Source: Octopus sinensis
Lineage: Eukaryota
Length of the DNA stretch: 64,000 nt
NCBI RefSeq assembly: GCF_006345805.1
Contig: NC_043002.1
Span: 67,580,001-67,644,000, forward strand
Direction of reading: 5' to 3'
Position 1 is the stretch's first letter. The number at the start of each line of letters is the position of its first letter. A program made the translations under genes and the position numbers. Below are positions 14,501 to 27,851 of the stretch, in pieces. Below the pieces are notes generated by a model. It searched no databases and was not told where the DNA came from. It was given only the letters and a program-made list of their open reading frames with translations.

Positions 14501-14686
14501 TGATGATAATAATAAAGATGATGGTGATGGTAATGGCCAAGTATAAAAATTGTAGATGACTAGGCTCATGTTATGTAATCTATGAAAAATGGCAGGGTTC
14601 ATGAAACCAGCAAAAAAGAGTGAAATTAGATGTTTTACAGGATGTAGATTCAGTACTTTTAAGCAAGAGTTCAAGTGCTTCAAGAA

Positions 14687-15667
14687 CAATGATCCTCAAC
14701 TGGGGTCAATATGACCCTTCATTGTGGTAGTGGTGCTGGTAGTGGTGGGTGTCATATAAGATTTTGTTGTTTAAACTTATCGGCAATAAATTGGTTATAC
14801 TGCCACAATATACTCTTTTACTCATTTCAGTCATGTGGCTGTGGTCATGCTGGAGCACCACCGTGCTCTAAAATATTTTGACAGTTTTTTTTTTATACAA
14901 TTCCTAATAATATTTAACCCTTTAGCATTTAAACCAGCCATATCCAGCCGAAATATTTTATCTGTTTGATATTCAAATCATTCCCACTGCGTGGCACCTT
15001 GGGCAAGTGTCTTATACTATAGCCTCAGGCCAACCAAAGCCTTGTGAATGGATTTGGTAGACGGAAACTGAAAGAAGCCCATCATATATATGTATATATA
15101 TATATGTGTATGTGTGTGTATGTGTGTGTGTGTGTGTGTGTATGTGTGTGTGTGTGTATGTATGTATGTGTGTCTGTGTTTGTCCCCTCAACATCGCTTG
15201 ACAACCGATGCTGGTGTGTTTACATCCCTGTAACTTAGCAGTTCGGCAAAAGAGACCGATAGAATAAATACTAGGCTTACAAAGAATAAGTCCTGGGATC
15301 GATTTGCTTGACTAAAGGCGGTGCTCCAGCATGGCTGCAGTCAAATGACTGAAACAAGTAAAAGAGTAATATCTGGCCGAAATATTTCATCTGTTTAATA
15401 TTCAAATTGGCCAGAGCTGACCTCTCACACCTACCCTAAAAAGTCATTCTAAAATTATACAATCACATCATGAAGCTATGAGATATTGCATTATTAATTT
15501 ATTAATAAATAAATAAACATTACATTTCACAGAATAATCTGAATGCTGAAGGGTTAATTATAAAAATGTCATAGGATTTTTTTAAAACATCAAATAGCTA
15601 TGAGGGTCCACCTGAATAAAATAGGAATTTAAGGGGTCCATAGGTAAAAAATGGTTGAGAATCACTG
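14687..15667. mobile_element. hAT MITE containing a piggyBac MITE (14918-15553) containing a SINE (~14979-15369)
   Basis: Outer TIRs caatgatcctcaac/gttgagaatcactg with TSD ttcaagaa/ttctagag; inner TTAA|cccttt...aaggg|TTAA; the uninterrupted family member at 9985-10246 has a single TTAA there. Confidence 0.8.
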
Positions 15668-15807
15668 TTCTAGAGTTACTAGAAGTAGCTGGAATAACTT
15701 TACCTTTCATCTTGAAGTACCTGTAATACTTTGGAGGTTGACTGATTATACCTACTTTCCCACAATAAAAAAGAGCACTGTATCCAATAAATGTGTGTAT
15801 GTATGTA

Positions 15808-16041
15808 TTCTTTTTTTTAATTTGTTTCAGCCATTTGACTGTAGCCATGCTGGAGCACCACCTTTAGTTGAGCAAATCGACCCCAGGACTTAGTCTTTGT
15901 AAACCTAGTACTTATTCTATTGGTCTCTTTTGCAGAACTTATTCTATCGATCTCTTTTGACGTACACACCAGCATCAGTTGTCAAGCAATGTTGGGGGGA
16001 CAAAAACAGACACACAAACATATACATACATACATACACAC

Positions 16042-16080
<39 letters not shown>

Positions 16081-16259
16081 CATACACACACACATATATA
16101 TGACAGGCTTTTTTCAGTTTCCATCTACCAAATCCACTCACAAGGCTTTGGTTGGCCCGAGGCTATATTAGAAGACACTTGCCCAAAGTGCCATGCAGTG
16201 GGACTGAACCTGGAACCATGTGGTTGGGAAGCAAGTTACTTACCACACGGCCACTCCTG
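15808..16259 (-). mobile_element. SINE family A
   Basis: Reverse complement of the family A consensus. Confidence 0.85.
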
Positions 16260-16675
16260 TATGTATTCTATATTTTTTACTTGTTTCAGTTATTGCACTG
16301 TGGCCATGCTGGGGCATCACCTTGAAGGATCTAGTTAAAACAAATCACCCCCAGTACTTTTTTTAAAGTTTGGCACTTATTCCATAAGTCTCTTTTGCCA
16401 AACCACTAAGTTACATAAGCAGACCAACACCAGTTGTCAAGCAGAGGGGAACATATGCAATACACACACACATGTGCAACAAGCTTCCACACAATTTTCA
16501 CCAACTAAATTCACTTGCACGGTATTGGTCAGCCTGGGGCTACACTACCAGGCAAGGTGTCGTGCTGTTGGACTGAAACCGAAACCACATGGTTAGGAAG
16601 TAGACTTCTTAATCACACAGTCATGCCTCTGCCTATATCATAAGATTTTACAGTGAAGATGCAGTTACCAAAATT

Positions 16676-17120
16676 CTTTTCTACTCTAGGCACCAGGCCT
16701 GAAATTTTGGGGGAGGGGCCAGTCGATTAGATCAACCCCAGTACGCAACTGGTACTAAATTTATCAACCCCGAAAGGATGAAAGGCAAAGTCGACCTCGG
16801 CAGAATTTGAACTCAGAATGTAAAGACAAATGAAATACTGGTAAGCATTTTGCCCAGCATGCTAACATTTCTGCCAGCTCACTGCCTTACTTTGGATAAA
16901 AAAATTATTTTCTACTCTAGGCACAAGGCCCAGAATTTCTGGGGAGGCAGCCAGTTGATTAGATCAACACCAGTACCCAACTGGTACTTAATTTATCAAC
17001 CCTGAAAGGATGAAAGGCAAAGTCGACCTTGGCAGAATTTGAACTCAGAACGTAAAGACAGATGAAATATGCTAAGCATTTTGCCCAGCATGCTAATGTT
17101 TCTGCCAACTCACCGCCTTT
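16676..17120 (-). mobile_element. Two tandem SINE family B copies (central domain resembles the Meta/MESC SINE domain)
   Basis: Sense core gtcgactttgcctttcatcctttcggggtcgataaattaagtaccag. Other copies at ~17705-17900, 20061-20498, 28720-28920, 36690-36870, 37980-38135, 61162-63068. Confidence 0.85.
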
Positions 17121-17323
17121 ACAATTACCAAAATTATCAAAGAATTAGTTTAGTCTACAAATGTCAGAGTAACATAACCTGGATGATTAAACAGTACCTA
17201 AAATTGATTCTCAGGATACAATGCATAAACAGTGTTGTGTAGTAAGGTTTATTGCTCTGTCATACTGAGAGTAAACTTTTAAATATTCAAGTGCCAGTTT
17301 AATAGTATATTTCTGTGTTTTAA

Positions 17324-17557
17324 CCCTTTTAATGTCCAAAGCATTTTCATAAATTTGTCCTACACATCCATGCTTGTTTACAGACTTGTAGTCCACTTTT
17401 GTTTCATGTGTTCTAAGTTAATATAAAACTTTCCTTTCATAAGTTTCAAATAGGTCTGGTGGTTGAAAGAAATTGAGAAAGTATATCATACATGATGCAT
17501 GGATGCCTGGGTAATATGCCCTGTGTATCGCATGTGATACATGGGACAGGCAAAGGG
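17324..17557. mobile_element. piggyBac-type MITE
   Basis: TTAA|cccttttaatgtcc ... ggacaggcaaaggg|TTAA. Confidence 0.65.
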
Positions 17558-18839
17558 TTAAGTAAACCCTGGATGTATAATAATTGTTTCTCAGACTGGT
17601 AAATTTATACTCCCATAGATGGAAAACAGTATTGACCACAATGGATTTTGAACTTAGAATGCAGAGTAGCTGAACCATTTCTGCTACTGCATCATTCTCT
17701 ATAATCCTTTCTACTATAGACACAAGGCCTGAAATTTGGTAGATCAACCTCAGTACGCAACTGGTATTTAATTTATCAACCCCGAAAGGATGAAGGAAAA
17801 GTTGACCTCGGTGGAATTTGAACTCAGAACGTAAAGGCAAATGAAATACCGCTAAGCATTTCGCTCGGCATGCTAATGATTCTGCCAGCTCACCACCTTA
17901 TTCTATATAAATAACAAAAGAACCAGCTATGACGACCAATGAACAAGTATGGCTTAGTAACATAAATCCTGCTCTCAAAAATGGTTTTATGTGTCCTTTG
18001 TAATCATAAGTAGACATGGAGAACCTCTTGAGATTCCCACTCCTTGACTCAATGGCACATCCAAAATGTGACAGCTGAAGAGAGAGAGAGAGAAGACTGC
18101 ACCAGTGCTCAGCTGGTACTCATTTTCAGCTAAATAGACTCAAGCAATATAAAATGAAGTGTTCTACTCAAGGTTACAATATACTACCCAGTCCAGGAAT
18201 TGAAACCATGGCATTATGACCATGAGCCAAACACCCAAACCACTAGGCTGTGCACCTTCACAAATAAATGATAACAATAACAATAAGTTTTTTTGCTTGT
18301 TTTTTTTTTATATATATAGGTACAAAGCCTCACATTTAAAGCACCTCACTGCCCCCCACCCCTAGCAATTACATTATTTTATCGACCTTGGAGGAATGAA
18401 AGATAAAGTTGACCTTGGGAGGATTTGCACACAGAAAGCAAAGAACCAGGAGAAGTTGCTGCAAGGCCTTCTTTCCAGTGCTCTAAAGCCTCTGCCAGGT
18501 TGCCACCCTTTATAACAATTTCTGATTTAGGCACAAGGCCAGCAATTTTGAGGGGAATGCTTAGTCAATACCATTAACTCCGGCACTTGACTGGTACTTT
18601 ATTATATTCTTTTATTCTTTTACTTGTTTCAGTTATTTGACTGTGGTCATGCTGGAGCACCACTTTTAGTCGAGCAAAATGACCCCAGGACTTATTCTTT
18701 GTAAGCCTAGTACTTATTCTATTGGTCACTTAAGTTATGGGGATGTAAACACACCAGTATCGGTTGTCAAGCAATGTTGGGGGGACAAACACAGACAGAA
18801 ACAAATACACACACATACATATACATACATACATTCATA

Positions 18840-19390
18840 CATGGTGGCTGCCCCATCGTTATCGAGTATGGCCATTGCACGGAGCTTAATCAATGTTGTT
18901 ATCGTGCAATGCCTGTGCAAGAAGATATTTTTTTAAGTGAGGAAAGGCTGTGCACTGAGTCAATCCCACTCACTAAGCAACAGCAGCCATAATCCGAAAA
19001 GAAGAACAAGTCAACATCATCGGTAACCACTGAGCCGCAGGTTTTATGTCGGAGTTATCCCAGTTACCTGAGTTGCCTTCTCCTAAAGGGATGCCTTGAC
19101 AAAGGCTAGGAGTCCTTCACTCCCAATGGTTTAACTGCGCGATCGGGTATTCAATCCGATTATTTCTATGTCCCCACGCATGATACAGCTTTAAGACATT
19201 TATTGGATGGCCGTTGACTCTCAAGAGTTCCTCCGCCCTTTGACGGGTTTTGTTTTTCATCCCGCAGGGTGACCAATAAACACCCTCCTCACCAAGTGAG
19301 CTTGGTGGGGTTGCCGGTTTAGTCGCCGACGACCTGACCATGCAACAGGTAGTACTGGGTTACATGTTACCAGTAGCACTCAAAAGTGAC
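18840..19390 (-). mobile_element. CpG-rich fragment resembling an RTE-type LINE 5' region
   Basis: Minus strand ggcatccctttaggagaaggcaactc...ataaaacc and tgcacagcctttcctcacttaaa recall RTE 5'UTRs; no coding match. Confidence 0.4.
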
Positions 19391-20060
19391 CTGACATACA
19401 TACATATATATGTATGTATTTATGTATGTATGTATATGTATGTATGTATGTATGTGTATGTATGTATGTATATATATATCATCGTCGTTTAGTGTCCGCT
19501 TTCCATGCTGGCATGGGTTGGACGGTTCAACTGGGGTCTGGGAAGCCAGAAGGCTGCACCAGGCCCAGTCTGATCTGGCAATGTTTCTACGGCTGGATGC
19601 CCTTCCTAATGCCATATATATATATGTATGTATGTATGTATGTATGCATGCATATATGACAGGCTTCTTTCAGTTTCCAACTACCAAATCCACTTACAAG
19701 GCTTTGGTCGGCCCAAGGCTATAGTAGAAGACACTTGCCCAAGATGGCATTTAGTGGGACTGAACTCGGAACCATGTGGTTGGTAAGCAAGCTACTTACT
19801 ACACAGCCACTCCTGCACCTATTTATTTTATTGACACCAAAAGAATTCAAGCAAATTTAACCTCACCAGAATTTGAACTCAGAATGTGAAGGGCCAGAAC
19901 AAATACCACAAGGCATTTCATCCAACACTAATAAATCTGCCAATCCCTAGAATATTTTAATAAGGATATCTTTGAGCATATTTTGAAGTTACTTACAGTG
20001 GAGGCAAGTTGTCAATGAGCTCGCTGCCCTATGAATAGCTTAATATTAACATCTTCAATA

Positions 20061-20498
20061 AGGCAGTGAGCTGGCAGAAACATTAGCATGCTGGGTGAAA
20101 TGCCTAGCGGTATTTCGTTTGTCTTTATGTTCTGAGTTCAAATTCTGCCGAAGTTGACTTCACCTTTCATTCTTTTGGGGTCGATAAATTAAGTACCAAT
20201 TGTGTACTGGGGTCGATTTAATCAACTAATCCTCTCCCCCAAAATTTTGGGCCTTGTGCCTAGAGTAGAAAAAATATTATTAAGGTGGCAAACTAGCAGA
20301 AACGTTAGCATGCCAGATGAAATGCCTAGCGGTATTTCGTCTGTCTTTACGTTCTGAGTTCAAACTCTGCTGAGGTCGACTTCACCTTTCATTCTTTTGG
20401 GGTCGATAAATTAAGTACCAATTGTGTACTGGGGCTGATCTAATCAACTGGCCCTCTCCTCCAAAATTTCAGGCCTTGTGCCTAGAGTGGAAAGGAAT
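20061..20498 (+). mobile_element. SINE family B dimer inside one shared target duplication
   Basis: Two head-to-tail copies flanked by ttaacatcttcaa / ttgacatcttcaa. Confidence 0.8.
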
Positions 20499-21041
20499 GT
20501 TGACATCTTCAAGGATATTCTGGACAAAGAGGGAATATATTGTCAAAGACAACAGTTCAGTGAGTGGGCAGAAGTGGAAGAATTACCCTATTTCAATTGT
20601 AATATTTTTCTCTGATACATTTTCACTTAATTAATTATTAAATTCACAAATAATTATTAATTTTAAATATTATTATTTCCCAACATGTTGATTAAACTAC
20701 TGTCAGTTATGCAGTTCAATAAGGTCAGATAGAGGCACTTGAGAAGAGCTTGTAGAACATTGGAGAAACTCTAAGAAGTTTGGGAACTACTGAAAAATGC
20801 CATTAAATGTTGCTGACAAAATAATTTTAGAAGTTGGCAGACGGAAACTGAAAGCTAATTACATATGTACATACATGTGTATGTGTGTTTGTGTAGATGT
20901 ATGTATGTATGTATGTATGTATGATGTATGTGTGTGTGTGTGTAGATGTATGTATGTATGTATGTATGTATGATGTATGTGTGTGTGTGTGTAGATGTAT
21001 GTATGTATGTATGTATGAATGAATGCATGCATGCATGCATG

Positions 21042-21207
21042 CAGGGCCGGCCCTAGGGTTGCTGACGCACCAGGCAAGCTGAACTTCGGCGTGTACAAGC
21101 TGACAGTCGTGGAAATTTCCTTGTCTTTGTCACGTCCTGCTTGGCGCTCTCTGGTACATGGCGCCCCGGACAACAGCCCAAGTTGCCGGTATCTTCAGCC
21201 GGCCCTG
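21042..21207. mobile_element. GC-rich hAT-type MITE
   Basis: TIRs cagggccggc / gccggccctg; flanks catgcatg / tatgtatg. Confidence 0.65.
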
Positions 21208-23219
21208 TATGTATGTATATGTGTGTGGGGGGGTTGCGTGTACTCTTGTCTTGACATCATGTGATGACTGAAAACGAGTATCACCGTCATACAAGCGACG
21301 CTGTTCGTTTCCAGTCTTCCATGTAAAACATGTCTGACCAGGGGTAGGGAGGGATATTAGATTGCTTGAAAACAGGTGGGGGCTGGCGACAGGAAAGAGA
21401 TCTGGCCGTAGGAAAACTGCCTCAACAAATCCCGTCTGACTCATGCAAGTACGGAAAAAGTGGACATTAAACAATGTAATGATTATACTGACCAAACTTC
21501 TACACATTCAAAGTGATTTCCATAAAGTACAAAAAACAAACAACGTAATAACAAAATATAGTTTCGACGTAGTGGTGTGAGTTTGCACCTTCTGGAAACA
21601 TTTTGTGATATTTCCCTAAAACTACAGTAAAAAAGCAAAGGATGAGTTCAGATCAATTAAGCAGTTAACTAGCAATTAACTGAGAGGTTACAGTTGCGAG
21701 AATAAAATGCAGAAACACGTGGAAGGAAATTTGGTAAAAAAAAGAAGAAAAACATGTTACGAGTGCATCCGCCAGGAAGAGGAAAACCCCCGAACGAAGT
21801 AATCAACGCTAATCACATGGAAGTGGTTTTGGTCACAATTTTAGCTTAATGTTAAATGTATTTGATCTCAATTTGTGATGGTGGTGGTGGTGGGGTGAAA
21901 GACAACAGGAAAAAATAAACCCTATAACATTGATGACACTTGAATGATTAATAAAAGAACGTATTTAATCCTGAACTTCAATAACATGGATTTCTTTCTT
22001 TTATAGAATTTTAAAAAATATTTTTTTGAACTGATAAAATATTAACAAACGTCTAGATTTAACATCGACTCACTGGACAGCTGCCTGAGGTTAGTGGTCT
22101 GGGTGTTTAAGGCTATTATCATTGTATGTACAGACGTTGTTACTAAATGTGTACTGTAGCTCCCAGTGCCTTGTTTTTTACCCTTGGGATTTATAGTGCT
22201 GCTTGCTATAAGACGGCTCTGCTTATACTTAAATTAAAATTATATTTTGGTAATTTAAAATTATTCGAGGTGGGTGGAAGGTGATATCTGATTTCCATTA
22301 GATGAAATGTTTGGGAAATTTATTAAATGACAATAAGTTTAGCTAGTTGGTGTCTGTTGGTGGGTTGCTTGATGTCGTTCTTGAGTTGAACGTTTAGTAA
22401 ATAATAATTAATTGATTAATCACTGAATGGCGGAAATAAATATACGCTAAATCTATTCACGTGTCTCTACACTAAATATGAATAAGGTCGAGAGTTCAGT
22501 TAAGTATGATCTAAAAATGTCTAGTTTCGTGATGTCAGAACGATGTATTTGAAAAAAAAAAAAAGAAAAAAAGACTCTTATAAATAACCATAACGAGAAG
22601 TCAACGATGTTTAAAAGCATGTGTTAGATCTCAGAATAGACTTTTAAATATAAGTCAGCAGCAGAAGTGAAGTAAAATAACATGACAAGTTTCAATTAAA
22701 TTTTTGTTATGGATTATGTTTTGCTTGAAAACAACCAAGTATCAAGACACGTGGAGTGAGATCTAATTGCGTAAAGTAGGTGACATAAGATTACATTTAA
22801 GTTAGAAGCAAAATTAGTCGTGCATGTGAAGCAGCAGTGAAATTCGTTTTCTTCATTTCAACTTTTCTTAAATAGAAAAGTAGAAAATATAGAAAAAAAT
22901 AAATGAAGACCAAGCAGATGATAACAAAAGGAGTTGTGTAATTCCCAGAAGGCTAGACGTACGCCCACATACATATAGCAAGCGTATACACACACACATG
23001 CATGCATACATACATACATACATACATACATACATACATACATACATACATACATACATACATACATACATACACGACCGTTTTAACATCCGCTTTTCAC
23101 TGCTTGCATGGGTGGGTCGGACAGACACAGTAAATGTATATATATATATTCAAAGATATATAGGCCGGCATATATAATACACATTACATATACATATATG
23201 TGTGTGTGTATACATATAT

Positions 23220-23294
<75 letters not shown>

Positions 23295-23320
23295 TATATA
23301 CATATATATACATACATGTG

Positions 23321-23351
<31 letters not shown>

Positions 23352-23530
23352 CTATGTATAAATATATGTATACATATGTGAGTATATATGTGTGTGTGTG
23401 TGTATATACATACATATATATGTATATATACAATGTATATATACATACATACATATATACATACATATGTATATATACATACATACATACGTATATATAC
23501 ATACATATATATATATACATACACACACAC

Positions 23531-23587
<57 letters not shown>

Positions 23588-23696
23588 CACACACACACAC
23601 ATATACTACACGGAAGCTAGTAATAGATGGATCCATGATGTGCAGTTATTGGGGGAAGGTAGTCTAAGCTAGCTAAAGACATTACATCAAATGTTG

Positions 23697-23743
23697 GTCA
23701 ATAGGCAGAGAACGGCTAAGAAGATTAGTTTACACTTTAAAAA
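23697..23743 (-). promoter_or_regulatory. Conserved intronic block downstream of exon A
   Basis: gtcaataggcagagaacggctaagaagattagtttacactttaaaaa aligns with 47011-47056; shared 14-nt core ggctaagaagatta. Confidence 0.5.
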
Positions 23744-24026
23744 GATAACGTTAAGCAAGTGTCAGTGAAGGAAAAAGCCAAGGGAGGTGTGTGTATCGTG
23801 CTACTATATCTGTTGTAAGAGATAGAAGGAAGCTTTTAAGCTTCTTATTTTTGACATAAGCTTTGTTTTTGTAGGAAAAGTGATACTGTAACCTAACTAA
23901 ACATTTTGAGGCAGTTTTAATAAATATTAAAAATATTATGTACGCGCGCGCGAGTGTGTGTGTGTTTGTGTATAGTGGGTTGTTTCGTTATTAATGGGAT
24001 CAAAACTACACCATCTAGTGGTGGAG

Positions 24027-24057
<31 letters not shown>

Positions 24058-24172
24058 TGCATGTATCCATGCATGTATCTATGCATGTATGTATGCATGT
24101 ATGTATGTAGTTGGCTTATAAGTTATCATTAAGAAGAAATAGGCACTCGTATATTAAGGCAAAAGAATGGGT

Positions 24173-24220
<48 letters not shown>

Positions 24221-25173
24221 TATGCATGCATGCATGTTGTGCCCTTTTCTAGTCTTATGTAACACAGAAAGTAGCATTTCCCCCTTTTTTTTCGTTTATT
24301 TATTCATGAATGAACAAAATTAGTTATATGTAACTGTATACCAAGTTTATGTTAAATATAATAGCATGCAATTTCTGTTGGCATTTTAGTTATACCGCCA
24401 AATTAGTACATAACAGAAGGAACTGAGTTAGTATGTGAAAGTTAAATTGCAACCAACATCGAAATCAGAGCGTCGAAGTCCTGCTACTGTCTGAGCTGTT
24501 GGTGCCACGGCCAAGACAATGACAACGATGAAACTACATCAGATTCGCTTCCCAACGAGTTGTTTATTCTGCTTGTCTTTGTTTGCGAACCAACACAAAT
24601 ACATTTCGATTATTTTATATCTAGATAGATAGATATATTCGCTTTATCAATGGATCTAAATATATTCTTCTGAGACAATAATTATATTTCCTTCTACAGT
24701 GTTTTTAAATGTCTAGAGGAAAGAATCTTCCGCGTCTCCGAGTAAAAGACAAATGCAGGAGATAAGTGGTGTCGTGAGAATGGTGCTAGAGATAGATGTA
24801 TGCAACGTATAACTAATAAAGGCAATACAATCTATCGGAGAAAGGACCATTGACGAGATGTCAAGCAGCAGCTGTGAAGGAGATGACATCTCCGCAAATT
24901 GCCTAACAACAGAGCAGAGAGGGAACAAAAAAAATCAATACTGCTAACACGTGTAAAAAAAAGAAAAGAAAATTGAATATTGTTTTCGTTATTGTTTGAA
25001 GCAAAAAGGATTTTGATGATTTTCCTTTTTCATACATTGACATAAAATTAAATTCAATTAACACACTAGATAGAGGAAGAGCTAGAGACAGAGAGAGATA
25101 AAGGGTGGAGAAAGACAAGAGAAAAAATAATATCGATGATCGAACTGTATAAATGGAATGAAGCAAGACTTAC

Positions 25174-25340
25174 TTCTTAAATGTTTTTTCCAAATCCTTG
25201 ATTTCTTTCCTGGAAAATTCTTTAAATTCCGTGTAAGGATTGAAAACTTTGGCCGTCGCCTGTACAGTCTCACCAGCCTCAATAGCATCACTAATATTGA
25301 TGCGGCGAGTTAGCAGAGTGGCCAACTCGTCTGTAGCCAT
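25174..25340 (-). CDS. EFHD2: First coding exon (copy A) of an EFHD1/EFHD2 (swiprosin)-type EF-hand protein: MATDELATLLTRRINISDAIEAGETVQATAKVFNPYTEFKEFSRKEIKDLEKTFK(K)
   Basis: Hand translation: ATG at 25340-25338 (context ataatcATGG), 55 codons + 2 nt without stops, then a GTAAGT donor (25173-25168). MATDELA and VFNPYTEFKEFSRK.IKD.EK.FK match the EFHD2 N-terminus and pre-EF-hand region as I recall it; the phase-2 break fits where I recall EFHD2 exon 1 ending. EFHD1 vs EFHD2 orthology cannot be resolved. Confidence 0.93.
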
Positions 25341-25466
25341 GATTATGAATGATGATGTTAGACAGACAAATTAAAATCAAATTGAACTTATGTGAAATAC
25401 CCAAGTGGTTTGGTTGTATTCGTCGTATATCCCAGAACGTAAAGGAGAAAGAAACCCGCAGCGTCT

Positions 25467-25545
25467 GAAAGCGAGTTACTTATTCCTTCTGTGTGTTGTC
25501 ACGCTACTTGATATTAACATTATTGTTGTCAGAGAGGCAACTCCT
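25467..25545 (-). promoter_or_regulatory. Conserved upstream (5'UTR/core promoter) block of exon A
   Basis: Aligns with 47324-47403 upstream of exon B (gaaagcga.ttactt...gtcac.ctactt.atattaa...ttgt.gtca.agaggcaactcct); followed by a CT/GA-rich tract (~25610-25810). Confidence 0.6.
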
Positions 25546-26065
25546 CGTTGCTAAAAGAACCAATAAATCTTTCTCTATTATAGCAAGAATTAACGTTACC
25601 AATTAAATCTTTCTCTCTCTCTTTCTTACAGCCTTTCTAGTCTCTGTTCCACACTGGTCTATTACACAAGGTTGTTTCTCTTTCTATTTCGCTCGCCCGC
25701 GCGTTTTCTTTCTCCCTTCTTCTCTCACTCTTTCTCACTTTCTCTCTCTATCCCTCCCACCCTCTCTATGTTTCACTTTACTTCTTTGTTTACACCCCTC
25801 CCCTCTTCCACCAATATACTATATATACCATATTTCTATCTAGCACGAGCGTGCAACTCTATTCAGTCTGTAGTCGCAGCCACTTTTGTAACGATAGATT
25901 CACTGTGCAGATAAAATGACAAGAACGAACAAAAGTAAATACAGCTAGCTAAAGTCGATCCGAGATGTTTGTCTTTATTCATTCATTATAAACGTATGTA
26001 TGTTCGATAACTATTCAATTGTCTTCATCATGAAGCTGTGGGCGAAGAAAAGGAAGAATTTTGAT

Positions 26066-26083
26066 GGTGATGACGTCATCACC
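26066..26083. promoter_or_regulatory. 18-bp perfect palindrome with full CRE (TGACGTCA) core
   Basis: ggtgatgacgtcatcacc equals its own reverse complement; about 730 bp upstream of the exon A ATG. Confidence 0.45.
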
Positions 26084-27078
26084 TCCAATAACGCATATCT
26101 ACTACTTCGTGCCAGTGTTACATCTCTTTACAGTAGGCATCATGTGTTATAGAAATAGATGGGCTTTTTACAGTTTTCTTTTGTTAAGAGGATTGAAGAG
26201 TCGTAGTTTGGGAGATAAGGATATAGTATATAACAGTGTGGCAAAAAATACACCTCAAAGTTTCAAAATAAAGTTTTCTTTTTCTTCACTTTTTTTGAAA
26301 AAAATTCTTCAAATTGCAGACCATAAATGTCCTGGAATTAAGATAAATTCTTAGATATCTATAGAGTATTATGTTGATATTTTAATACATTTGTGTTTTT
26401 AGCAAACAGAAAATTCTTCGTTTTTTCTTGTATTTATCTGCATCATTTTTATGATTTAACATTCATCAGAGATGTGAAACCCCGCAGCTTTCTCGGGCCT
26501 TGTTAGGTTCGAGTAAAGGACGAATGATTAAAACGGTTAATGTTCAATTAGGTAAGTGGTTAAAGGGAAAGAGAAACGTAAGTAAAGCGGGATTCCATAC
26601 AGTACGGAATGGTACTGGATGTGTTTGTACAGGTGTGGATGAAGTGCTAAGTGCATGGTCGATAAACGAGGGGAAATAGCTCCAAAGTTAACAGCTCGTA
26701 AATATAATGCTAATTAAGGGCCTGGTTCTAAGAAGACAGACTTTGAAAATCTTAGCAAATATAGCTACTTGTTCTTATTCCATGGCATAGTAATCACCGT
26801 CAAAAGGACATTCACCTTTAAGATTCAGGCGAAAAGAAAAATCAATAATAGATGTAATAACAGCCTGATTTTACATCTTTAGTGAATCTCAGAACGACTT
26901 TTTATTTGTTTATTTCTACAAGATGTAGAATAAACCAATGTGAATTAAAACGAATGAAATGAGAACTAAATATTGTACATTAAGATATTCAGACAATTAA
27001 TGGAAAGGTGATACATTTTAAATATGTCAGCTAAAATATATTCAACAAAATACCAGATAGGCACAGTGTATGCATGTT

Positions 27079-27120
<42 letters not shown>

Positions 27121-27325
27121 ATATATTTGTAATATATATATATATATACAAATTGAGATAGGGGTTACACTTTTTTATGTACATTCCTTTATGTACACTG
27201 ATTTGTTCTGCTTTTTTATGTTTAAGCCTACAGTCTCTTATGTGGTGGTTTAATAAAGTATGTGATTGAGTATTATCTGGTAATTGATATTTGATTTAGA
27301 TGTATTTCTCCATTTTCTTATCTTG

Positions 27326-27403
<78 letters not shown>

Positions 27404-27421
27404 TATACATATATATGTATG

Positions 27422-27479
<58 letters not shown>

Positions 27480-27493
27480 CATATATATATATA

Positions 27494-27607
<114 letters not shown>

Positions 27608-27774
27608 GGGGAAAGTAAGGAGAAAAATAAGCGAAAATGCACATTGGAAATATAAAAAAATGTAAAGGCTTTACTTTTTTTTTTTTCCAATGTGCATTTT
27701 CGCTTATTTTTCTTTTAACTTCCCCTTACATTTTCATGTGTAGTTTCTATTTTCTTTCTGTAACATATTTCTAT

Positions 27775-27851
<77 letters not shown>

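Noticed and set aside
22060-22200. Minus-strand GTGAGT donor near the CpG boundary
   Set aside because: No acceptor or reading frame with EFHD similarity; a single motif is not enough.
24713-24928. Minus-strand ORF just downstream of exon A as EFHD exon 2
   Set aside because: No EF-hand loop or MMEKL/PQTHL motif in any frame I translated.
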